Positions 10,374 through 18,562 of a DNA stretch of 64,000 nucleotides are shown here, piece after piece. The DNA is from Gammaproteobacteria bacterium (lineage in GTDB: Bacteria > Pseudomonadota > Gammaproteobacteria > GCA-001735895). The DNA lies in contig JBNKUM010000094.1 of NCBI GenBank assembly GCA_050298595.1, positions 96,001 to 160,000 of the forward strand. Direction: 5' to 3'. The notes under the pieces are model-generated. The model did not search any database. It saw only the letters and a list, made by a program, of their open reading frames with translations, and was not told where the DNA came from. Both the position numbers and the translations under genes were made by a program. Position 1 is the stretch's first letter; the number at the start of each line of letters is the position of its first letter.

Positions 10374-11131
10374 TGAGTATTAAGTTTAAGAAAACTCGGG
10401 GCTTTACATTAATAGAGATCGCTATTGTTCTGATAGTGCTTACTATACTCCTTGGTTATACCGTCGCGATGGTGCCAGTTCAGCAGGAGCTTAAGCAATA
10501 TCGTAAAGCTGACAAAGAGATGGATAAAATCCTGGATGCGCTGTATGCCTACGCTCAGGTTAATGGTCGGTTGCCGTGTGCTGATGATATGGCTAGTGCT
10601 GATGGGGTTGCCGATCCAGAAACAGCGACCACTTCCTGTACCGTATGGTACGGATATATACCGAGTAAAACGCTTGGGCTGGAAGGGAATTTAAATGCTC
10701 AGTTTTCTATACTAGATCCCTGGGGGCAGCCTTACCGGTATCAAGTTACTCAAGCTAATGGAGGTGGCTTTGTCAATGATATACAAGCTATCGGCATTCC
10801 AAGTTTTGCACCTGATTTAGAGGTTTGTACAATCCATCCAGCAGTTGGTGCTGAAGAACCTTCGTGTGGAAGTGCAGCTAAAACTGTAGCAAAAGGCATT
10901 CCTGCTGTAGTTCTTTCTCTTGGTAAAGATATAGGGCGAAACCCTTCAGGCATCCAGAAGGAGAACCTGGACAATGGGGATGATAGTAATAGTAATGGTA
11001 GTTTTGAGGATTATGTGTTTGTAAAATCAACCCGTAGCAATGCCAGCGGTGATGAGTTTGACGATGTGGTTAAATGGATCGTACCCAATGTCCTTTACTC
11101 AAAAATGATCGATGCTGGTAAATTACCCTAA
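10373..11131 (+). CDS. Prepilin-type minor pilin
   Basis: RG/FTLIEIAIV cleavage/methylation motif. Confidence 0.9.
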   Translation: MSIKFKKTRGFTLIEIAIVLIVLTILLGYTVAMVPVQQELKQYRKADKEMDKILDALYAYAQVNGRLPCADDMASADGVADPETATTSCTVWYGYIPSKTLGLEGNLNAQFSILDPWGQPYRYQVTQANGGGFVNDIQAIGIPSFAPDLEVCTIHPAVGAEEPSCGSAAKTVAKGIPAVVLSLGKDIGRNPSGIQKENLDNGDDSNSNGSFEDYVFVKSTRSNASGDEFDDVVKWIVPNVLYSKMIDAGKLP

Positions 11132-11146
11132 GGAACAAAGTTGGGC

Positions 11147-11905
11147 ATGAATCAAAACGCCGCTGGTTTTACCCTGATAGAAGTTTCCCTGGTTTTACTG
11201 ATTGTGACTATCCTGCTAGGGTATTCACTTGGGGTGTATCCAGTGCAGCAGGAGTTGAAACAATACAGAGCAGCCCAAACTGAAATGGATTCCATTATCC
11301 AGCGCCTGTTATATTTCGCCGAGATTAATGGCCGTTTACCCTGTCCTGATACTAGTACCGGCGGTACTGTAAATGGTCAGGAAGATCTAAATGGCCCTGG
11401 AAAATGTAGATCTATATATGCTTATCTACCGGGCAGAGATCTGGGAATGCAGGGCAACTACGATTCAAACAATCGCTTACTCGATCCCTGGGGGCAACCG
11501 TATAGGTATGGTGTTTCAAGTTCTACCAGTAATGCGGCGGATAATTTTGTTGATCGGAATCAGATTCGAGCTCAGGGTGTTGATGGAATGAATGGTGATA
11601 TTTTTATCTGTGATGATAGTAACACTACCGGTGCTAATGCAAACTGTTCAACAGTATCCGGCAATGAAGTGATGAGTCGTGTTGCAGCGATTGTAGTTTC
11701 TACCGGTAAGGACAGGGGGCGTACTCCCACTTCCAATATACAGGCTGAGAATCAGGATAACTTTAATAATTCATCGACTGCAGATCATGTCTACATATAT
11801 GCTCAACGTAGTGATGCTAGTGGTGCTGAATATGATGATCTGGTCAAGTGGTTACCTACAAACCTTTTACTATCAAAGCTTATCGAAGCGGGCCAGCTGC
11901 CCTAA
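11147..11905 (+). CDS. Prepilin-type minor pilin, paralogue of 10373..11131
   Basis: AG/FTLIEVSLV; shares PVQQELKQYR, NGRLPC, LDPWGQPYRY and (F/Y)DD(V/L)VKW with its neighbour. Confidence 0.9.
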   Translation: MNQNAAGFTLIEVSLVLLIVTILLGYSLGVYPVQQELKQYRAAQTEMDSIIQRLLYFAEINGRLPCPDTSTGGTVNGQEDLNGPGKCRSIYAYLPGRDLGMQGNYDSNNRLLDPWGQPYRYGVSSSTSNAADNFVDRNQIRAQGVDGMNGDIFICDDSNTTGANANCSTVSGNEVMSRVAAIVVSTGKDRGRTPTSNIQAENQDNFNNSSTADHVYIYAQRSDASGAEYDDLVKWLPTNLLLSKLIEAGQLP

Positions 11906-11920
11906 AGTCGGCTAGAAAAT

Positions 11921-13603
11921 TTATTCACCTATATGTTGAAACAGGCTAAAGCAAACCCTGCCCTTTTCATTGCTTGCTAATTCCAGCTCAAAATTAAAAG
12001 ACCTTGCCATAATTGCCGATTGATACAGGCCTATACCCATGCCTTCGCCTGAGGATACGGGTTTTATAAAAAGGTTACTTTCGAGGTCTGCTTTCACCTG
12101 ACTTCCATTGTCACACACTGTGACAACTATCATTTCAGTGTTGGCAGTAATATCAATGATTACCTGGCTGACCTCATTTTTATTTTGAGTGTTCGATAAC
12201 AGGTTGTTGATGACACTATCAAATAATTCACAGGGGATGGCATGGTTAAGGCTGATATCCTGATTAACGATTAACCATGGGTAGCTATGTTCAGATTGAA
12301 AGCGCTTAAGCCAGTCCTTAATACTGATGATTTTGATGGATGTTGATATCTCCGGTGATTTTAGCTTTTCAAGGGTTGACTCAAGTCTACTGCTAATCTG
12401 ATCCAGGTTTTGCCTAAGTAGTTTATTGGATTTTTGTTTTTTGTCATCTGAAGTGGCTTGCACAATATCAAGAGAGGTTTTAATGGACTGCAGAATATTT
12501 TTTATGTCATGCGTCAATCGGGCGCCGGTGTGGTGAATGGTTTCAAAATGCTCCTCAGCGCGTATTTTATCCTGATTCAATTTGGCTAGATAAAATTGAT
12601 AAGCCATTCGAATCAGGAGAATAGTATGTTGTCGTAAAGCTTTTCCTGGGTCGGATTTGAAGTAAATGGTGACTAAAATTTGTTCCGATAGCTGGTGACG
12701 GAATACGGCGCCATTTCTGGGGCCTGATGCAATGGTAAAGCCTTTGAATTGCCATTGAATTCCATTTAGCCAATCGTTTTCAATCAAGTGTTCACAGGCT
12801 GCCTGTAAGAATTCAGATGCTGATATATAGGGCTCTTCTATCAGTGTGGTTAAGGTGTTTATCCAGATTTCAAAAGGCCCTCCAATAGTCATTGCGTAAC
12901 GGTTCCAGAGCACTCCCAGACCTGAATAACCAACGCCAGGGTTCCAGAACCAACTGATACCGATGGAAAGTGTTGATACAATGAAAACCGTTAAAAGCAG
13001 CCCATCGAGGTAGTCAACACCATATAAAAGGTTGATCACTATACCGCCGAGTAAGGCAAGGAATATTAATGTAGCGGTTAGCAGACCATGCATAAACTCT
13101 ATCTGACTGCGCGGTTGCTGTGTTCTATCAGGGCTAGGGGCAAAGAAAAACCCCAGGATTGGGATTAATAACAGGGTTTGAATTAATGAGGTAAATTGAA
13201 CAGGAAGATTAATTTGCGCAAAGGTATCCGGGATGATGCCAATCGCCATCTCAATGATTAGAATAGACATGGCAAGTAAATCAAAAGCTCTTGAAGTATT
13301 CTGGCTAAATAAACGGCTTCCAAGAAGTCCAGAAACAATCAGGCTGAACAGGATGAGTGATTCGTTTTGATAGTAATAACTGAAAGTTAGCAGCAATATT
13401 ATTAGTATAAAGGATGGAAGTGTATTGATTTTTGTGTCTTTTCCCCATAATGGTTGCCACATAAAAAATAAACCATATAGTACTAACACCATCGAAAACT
13501 GGATAAACTTGTCTGAAAATGTCCAGGTGAGACTGTGAAGTAAAAGTAATATGGAGGCAAGTATTTGCTGCTCTAATACTATTAATAAGTTAACTAGCTT
13601 CAT
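11921..13603 (-). CDS. Multi-TM sensor histidine kinase (PrsK-like H-box)
   Basis: About 7 N-terminal TMs, H-box THDIKNIL, N-box NLLSN, DNG, G2 GEGMGIGLYQS. Confidence 0.85.
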   Translation of the reverse strand: MKLVNLLIVLEQQILASILLLLHSLTWTFSDKFIQFSMVLVLYGLFFMWQPLWGKDTKINTLPSFILIILLLTFSYYYQNESLILFSLIVSGLLGSRLFSQNTSRAFDLLAMSILIIEMAIGIIPDTFAQINLPVQFTSLIQTLLLIPILGFFFAPSPDRTQQPRSQIEFMHGLLTATLIFLALLGGIVINLLYGVDYLDGLLLTVFIVSTLSIGISWFWNPGVGYSGLGVLWNRYAMTIGGPFEIWINTLTTLIEEPYISASEFLQAACEHLIENDWLNGIQWQFKGFTIASGPRNGAVFRHQLSEQILVTIYFKSDPGKALRQHTILLIRMAYQFYLAKLNQDKIRAEEHFETIHHTGARLTHDIKNILQSIKTSLDIVQATSDDKKQKSNKLLRQNLDQISSRLESTLEKLKSPEISTSIKIISIKDWLKRFQSEHSYPWLIVNQDISLNHAIPCELFDSVINNLLSNTQNKNEVSQVIIDITANTEMIVVTVCDNGSQVKADLESNLFIKPVSSGEGMGIGLYQSAIMARSFNFELELASNEKGRVCFSLFQHIGE

Positions 13604-13636
13604 TACAATTTATGGGTCATATTTAAGGAGTTATAG

Positions 13637-14416
13637 GTGTTTTCACAAACTATAGCATTGTTTAGATATTTACTGAGCGGTCTTATAAATACTCGGTTAT
13701 TAATACTATTGCTGGGTATTACTCTTACAGGCATTTTGTCAGGCCAATATATTTCTGAATTAGCTATCATCAATAGCAAACTTATCGGATTGGCTTTTAC
13801 TGCTGAGTTGTTGCGTTACTGCCTTTTGTTTTTCATGGTCGTCTCTATAGCCTATCGTATCTCTCAAGATTATGAGCTTGGTCAATTTGATCGATTGTTG
13901 TCTATGCCTATCACAAGAGCTCAGTATGTTTTTTCCCAACTATTAGTCATTCTAACTGCCGGGTTTATATTTTCGATTCCAGTCATTGTCTCTATGCCTT
14001 TTTTTGCGTCATTTCCACTGGCGGTATACTGGTTTTTATCGGTTTATCTGGAGTTGATACTGATAGGTCTGTTTACAATGCTGGCTATTCTGAGCCTGGA
14101 AAAATTGCCAGTAGCTATTATTTTTAGTGTTGCAGCCTATTTGCTATCAAGATTAATTCCACAGATTAATAGCGCTCTCGAACAATCTGTTGATTATTAC
14201 TCTGATGAAGTGACTTTCAGGTTTTCTGAATATCTGTTTAAGTTATTACAGTATGTTTTACCAACCTCGAGCTCTTTTGCACAAAATAATATATTGTTTG
14301 AGCTGGTTGTTAACTGGGAAAATCTTATCGAACAATCTCTGTCTGTTTTTATTTATGGTGGATTCTTGTTATTTATCAGTTTGATTGATTTTTATCGAAA
14401 GGAATTTAATCATTGA
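13637..14416 (+). CDS. ABC-2 type permease (PilI/Xap-like)
   Basis: About 6 TMs, LLSMPITRAQY motif, C-terminal DFYRKEF. Confidence 0.8.
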   Translation: MFSQTIALFRYLLSGLINTRLLILLLGITLTGILSGQYISELAIINSKLIGLAFTAELLRYCLLFFMVVSIAYRISQDYELGQFDRLLSMPITRAQYVFSQLLVILTAGFIFSIPVIVSMPFFASFPLAVYWFLSVYLELILIGLFTMLAILSLEKLPVAIIFSVAAYLLSRLIPQINSALEQSVDYYSDEVTFRFSEYLFKLLQYVLPTSSSFAQNNILFELVVNWENLIEQSLSVFIYGGFLLFISLIDFYRKEFNH

Positions 14417-15141
14417 GAAATAATTCCTACCGAAGCGTTAAACAGGTTCCATTGCTAATCCTATGCATGGCAGTGTTTTTCATGCTACTTCAATTAGAGT
14501 TGAGCATTAAGCAAAAAGAAAATAATAAGTATTCTTTTCAGCAATTAACTAAGCCTCAAAATGTAGACTTTTACAGGATGATCTCGTTAGGCTCGAATCG
14601 GTTGATGAGTTATCTGTTAGCGATAGGTCTTCAATTACATGATAATCAAAAGGGTAAGCATGTCTCTTACTCACGTCTTGATTATGATTTTCTTAGCCAA
14701 TGGTTGCGTACTGTTTACTTGCTTAATCCTGACTCTGAATACCCCGCTTTTTTAGCCTCTAGAGTTTATAGTCAGGTAAAAGAAAAAAATAAAGTAAGAT
14801 TAATGATTCAACAGATAGAGTTGATGTTCGAATCAAACCCGCAGAAGTTTTGGCGTAGAATGACTGAAGCCTGTTTGCTAGCCAAACATCAGCTTAAAGA
14901 CCTGGATCTGGCGCTTAATCTCGCGAAGCAGATTTCATCATTACCACAGTCAATAAAAATGCCGTTTTGGGCAAGAGATATGAAGCTGATATTACTGGAT
15001 GAACTTGATCAGAACGAATCGGCTGCACTGTTAATCGTGAGCCTGTTACAAAGTGGTCAAATTATAGATACAGATGAGAAAAGATTTTTAGAATTCAGGC
15101 TGTCGAAAATTAAACAGAAGATGTCTGAATTTGGACAGTGA
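14413..15141 (+). CDS. Membrane-anchored helical (TPR-like) protein, possibly PilG/XapA-like
   Basis: N-terminal TM and all-alpha body; coupled to the permease gene. Confidence 0.5.
   Translation: MRNNSYRSVKQVPLLILCMAVFFMLLQLELSIKQKENNKYSFQQLTKPQNVDFYRMISLGSNRLMSYLLAIGLQLHDNQKGKHVSYSRLDYDFLSQWLRTVYLLNPDSEYPAFLASRVYSQVKEKNKVRLMIQQIELMFESNPQKFWRRMTEACLLAKHQLKDLDLALNLAKQISSLPQSIKMPFWARDMKLILLDELDQNESAALLIVSLLQSGQIIDTDEKRFLEFRLSKIKQKMSEFGQ
15101..15137. promoter_or_regulatory. Tandem TGT-N10-ACA enhancer-like sites
   Basis: TGTCGAAAATTAAACA (15101-15116) and TGTCTGAATTTGGACA (15122-15137), 21 bp apart, upstream of a sigma54 motif. Confidence 0.5.
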
Positions 15142-15200
15142 TAGCGCTTTTGGCTGGTCTTTGAAACTATCTTGTCTGAAAACCCAATGATTATAAGTTT

Positions 15201-15216
15201 TGGTATATTATATGCA
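15201..15216 (+). promoter_or_regulatory. sigma54 (-24/-12) promoter of the pilin gene
   Basis: TGGTATATTATATGCA = GG-N10-GC, 30 bp before the ATG, which has a GGAG RBS. Confidence 0.65.
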
Positions 15217-15245
15217 TAATATAGTGTAGTTGATTGGAGAATGGT

Positions 15246-15857
15246 ATGAATACATTTAAGAATAAAGGTTTTACACTAGTTGAGATAGCGATAGTTCTGG
15301 TCATTGTTGGACTGTTGATAGGTGGTGTACTAAAAGGTCAGGAAATGATCACAAATGCAAAGCTAAAGCGTATCGAGTCTGATAATGCGGGTATCGCAGC
15401 GGCGATGTTTTCCTATCAGGATCGTTACCTGCAATTACCAGGAGATGATAGTGCTGCTTCCTCAAGATTTGATGTTACAGTGGTTGGTGATGGGGATGGG
15501 AATGGCATAATCGGAAGTGGGAATGACTGGGCATCTTCCGATTCTGCTGCTGAAACATCACTTTTTTGGTCTCACTTGCGTGCTGCAGGTCTAGTAGCGG
15601 GTAATGCAGCAGATACCACCAGGCCTTCTAATGCTTATGGAGGTAAGATTGGAGTTCAGGATGGTTTTGGCACTATATCAGGGCATGTCACGGTATTCGG
15701 TCAAATTGAAGGACCCATCGCAAAAATCCTTGAAGCTCGACTTGATGATGGCAGTCCTGCGACGGGAAGAATGCAGGGTCGAAAAACTTCAGATGCTGCT
15801 TTAAGTGTAACTGCATATACTGATAGTGAACGTTTTAATCTAGGCTTTCGTTTGTAA
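15246..15857 (+). CDS. Probable major pilin/pseudopilin
   Basis: KG/FTLVEIAIVLVIVGLLIGGVLKGQEMI; own promoter, strong RBS, 3' hairpin. Confidence 0.85.
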   Translation: MNTFKNKGFTLVEIAIVLVIVGLLIGGVLKGQEMITNAKLKRIESDNAGIAAAMFSYQDRYLQLPGDDSAASSRFDVTVVGDGDGNGIIGSGNDWASSDSAAETSLFWSHLRAAGLVAGNAADTTRPSNAYGGKIGVQDGFGTISGHVTVFGQIEGPIAKILEARLDDGSPATGRMQGRKTSDAALSVTAYTDSERFNLGFRL

Positions 15858-15883
15858 GGGATTCCCGGGTTAAGATTCTAATT

Positions 15884-15902
15884 ACCCGCCACTGTGGCGG
15901 GT
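15884..15902 (+). terminator. GC-rich hairpin after the pilin gene (attenuator or mRNA stabiliser)
   Basis: ACCCGCCA-CTG-TGGCGGGT with only a weak U tail, 4 bp before the next ATG. Confidence 0.55.
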
Positions 15903-15906
15903 TATT

Positions 15907-16620
15907 ATGATTAAAATCGATAAATTACAATTTTCATACAATTCCCATTCAGTTCTGAATAGCCTGTCGTTACTTATTGAAAAAAACCATTATTTCGCCT
16001 TAGCTGGATTGAATGGTGCGGGTAAGACCACTCTTATTCGTTTAATAGTGGACTTGTTAAGGTCTCCGAATAAATCCGATATACAGATTAACGGGCTCAG
16101 TAGCTGGCGTGTTGATAGCAGAAAGAGTCTGATCTACCTGCCTGAGAAATTCAAACTTAGCTCAAATACTACTGCACTGGAATATTTTAAGTTGCTATCA
16201 GGCGTGTATCGGCAAAACCTTGATCGAAAGAAACTTGAATTCCTTTGCGGCCAGTTAGATTTCCCTGTTGACTCATTGGCTAAAAGGTCAGCAACCTACT
16301 CAAAGGGTATGCTACAAAAGGTGGGATTAATGGGCTGTTTTATTCTGGATTTACCTATTATGTTGCTTGATGAGCCTTTGAGTGGTCTAGACCCAAAGGC
16401 AAGACTCCAGGTAAAAAAACTTCTGTTAGAAGAAAAGAAAAAAACTAGCAAAACACTATTTTATAGCACCCATATGCTTTCGGATGTTGATGAGCTTTGT
16501 GATAGCTTCGGTATTTTGCATAACGGTAGCTTAAAGTTTCTCGGTACCCCTATGGATTGCCTGTCAACTTATGAGTCTGACACTCTTGAGCAGGCATACA
16601 TGAAGTGCATTGAAGCGTAG
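15907..16620 (+). CDS. ABC transporter ATP-binding protein (PilH-like)
   Basis: GLNGAGKTT, YSKGM signature, LLDEPLSGLDP, STH. Confidence 0.92.
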   Translation: MIKIDKLQFSYNSHSVLNSLSLLIEKNHYFALAGLNGAGKTTLIRLIVDLLRSPNKSDIQINGLSSWRVDSRKSLIYLPEKFKLSSNTTALEYFKLLSGVYRQNLDRKKLEFLCGQLDFPVDSLAKRSATYSKGMLQKVGLMGCFILDLPIMLLDEPLSGLDPKARLQVKKLLLEEKKKTSKTLFYSTHMLSDVDELCDSFGILHNGSLKFLGTPMDCLSTYESDTLEQAYMKCIEA

Positions 16621-16632
16621 CAAAGCTCTGCT

Positions 16633-18546
16633 TTAAGGATCAGGCTTTTCGTAAGACTTCTTTTTCTCCATTAAATGTTCAACTAGTGCTGCCTTTTTTT
16701 CAGCTAATAGTTCGATGTGCTCCTGGTTGCTTTCACGGGCAAGAATTTTCTCAGCAAAGTTGTAAAAATCGAGGGTTGTCTGGTTACTCATATGCCAGTA
16801 TCTAATGGCTTTAAATACTACATCTGCAGCTTTCTCAGTCTCTCCCCGGCTCAGGTAGAGAGAGGCAAGATCACGTGAAGCCGGTAAAAAGCGAGGGTTG
16901 GTTTCCAGGCATTTCTGGTAATATCGAGTGGCTTTCAGCTTCCAGTGTCCACTGGAGAGTAGTGGCATTTGTTCATAGAGGCTGGCCTGAAGATAATCGG
17001 CAGCTTCACGATGAGGATTAATCTGTCTGGCTTTGTTAAGGTATTCCAGAGACTTATCGTATAGGAGTTGTTTTTTCTGATCGGTCAGTTCGGTATCTTT
17101 TTCCAGTATTGACAGAAATGTCTGAACATAAAAAAGGTATGGCCGATCATCGTATGGGTATATGCTCATTGCGCTAGAGACTAATGTATCAGCTTCTGTA
17201 ATCTTTCCCTCTAAATAAGCCTGTTCGCCTTTAACGTAAAGATGACTGAAGGTGCTAATAATGGAAAAGTAGACTGTGTAAACGATAAAAATGGCCCCAA
17301 TGGTTAAGCCAAAGATGGATTTTCGAATGGGAATTAGGTCGAGAAAGACAGCAGGTTTTGTATATTTGCTAATTTCAAGGAAGCGCCCTAGTAATAAACC
17401 AATAAGATAAAGAACGCAAAAAACACCTAAATTAAAACTGAAAAAAGAGTGGAACCCAATAGCAGTTATACCCGCTATTAAGCCTGATGCTTCGATTTTT
17501 CTACTGACCTCAATCTCTTTATTCTGTATATATATCCACCAGTAATAGAGAATGGCAAGCATGATCATTAATAAAAATGCCAGACCGGGTACTCCAGTTT
17601 CAATCAGATACTGCAAATAGTCATTATGAGCATTGAGTCCCGCACTCGGATCGTTGATCTGGCGATAGGCAGGATATGTTAACCAAAAGGTACCAATTCC
17701 TCCTCCATACCAGGGCGTATCCTTAAGCAAGTTAATGGCGCCTTCCCAAATCTCACGTCTACCTAGATCGGCCTCCTCTATTTTGTATTCAAAAAAACGG
17801 AGTAAGTTGCTGGTTAATAGTGTGGCTGAAATTATTGCAGTTAGATAGATGGCCAGGTACTGATTGACTACCTTCCGAGTTAAGTGTTGTCTGCCGGCGA
17901 AAAAAATCATGATTAGCCCAATTATTTGACCGGCAGTAGCTCCTCGGCTACCAGGGAGGGCATGACTAAATTCGAGTGCGAACAGGGCGATACCTAAGAA
18001 TAGCCTGGTATTTCCTTTTGGTGATAATAAGAAATACGCGCTGGTAGGTAAGATGATTAAATTGAGGTAAGACGCGTGTGTATTTTTATTAAAAAATAGA
18101 GAATTTGGTGGGTTGATTCCTAGATATACTTCAATGCAGCTGTAAATAAAAAGGATTATTCCTGCAGCAATGACAGACCACCAGATTTTTTCCCAGCTTA
18201 AGGTGTTATTTGTGATCAGGAAGTAACTATATAAACCAACAACTGATGCGCTGATAGTGATTGCGCGTAACAGACTAATGGCTGGAACATCGCTCCAGAA
18301 AACGGTTAGAAAACACCAAAAAGTAAATAGTACAACAAGTAAGCTGATAGGTGGTTTCGGCAGAATTAGGTTTTTTTTATAGTTCCTGTAGATGGAATAA
18401 AGTAATAAACTAAAAGCACTAAATGCGGCTGGGCCAAACCAGAAAAGATCGCCCCCTTGCCATATAATTCCCAATATTAGTGTGATAAATATAATTAGAG
18501 AGTGGGCATATTTTGAGGCTGTATTTTCAAATAGTGTTTTAATCAT
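16633..18546 (-). CDS. O-antigen ligase / PglL-like O-oligosaccharyltransferase with C-terminal TPR
   Basis: About 12 TMs, SRG motif, Wzy_C motif NAHNDYLQYLIETG, TPR-like tail. Confidence 0.8.
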   Translation of the reverse strand: MIKTLFENTASKYAHSLIIFITLILGIIWQGGDLFWFGPAAFSAFSLLLYSIYRNYKKNLILPKPPISLLVVLFTFWCFLTVFWSDVPAISLLRAITISASVVGLYSYFLITNNTLSWEKIWWSVIAAGIILFIYSCIEVYLGINPPNSLFFNKNTHASYLNLIILPTSAYFLLSPKGNTRLFLGIALFALEFSHALPGSRGATAGQIIGLIMIFFAGRQHLTRKVVNQYLAIYLTAIISATLLTSNLLRFFEYKIEEADLGRREIWEGAINLLKDTPWYGGGIGTFWLTYPAYRQINDPSAGLNAHNDYLQYLIETGVPGLAFLLMIMLAILYYWWIYIQNKEIEVSRKIEASGLIAGITAIGFHSFFSFNLGVFCVLYLIGLLLGRFLEISKYTKPAVFLDLIPIRKSIFGLTIGAIFIVYTVYFSIISTFSHLYVKGEQAYLEGKITEADTLVSSAMSIYPYDDRPYLFYVQTFLSILEKDTELTDQKKQLLYDKSLEYLNKARQINPHREAADYLQASLYEQMPLLSSGHWKLKATRYYQKCLETNPRFLPASRDLASLYLSRGETEKAADVVFKAIRYWHMSNQTTLDFYNFAEKILARESNQEHIELLAEKKAALVEHLMEKKKSYEKPDP

Positions 18547-18562
18547 TAAGAAGTAGCAGTCA

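Noticed and set aside
15246-15857. Geobacter-type short conductive e-pilin
   Set aside because: The pilin is about 200 aa with a full globular domain and is not notably rich in aromatic residues
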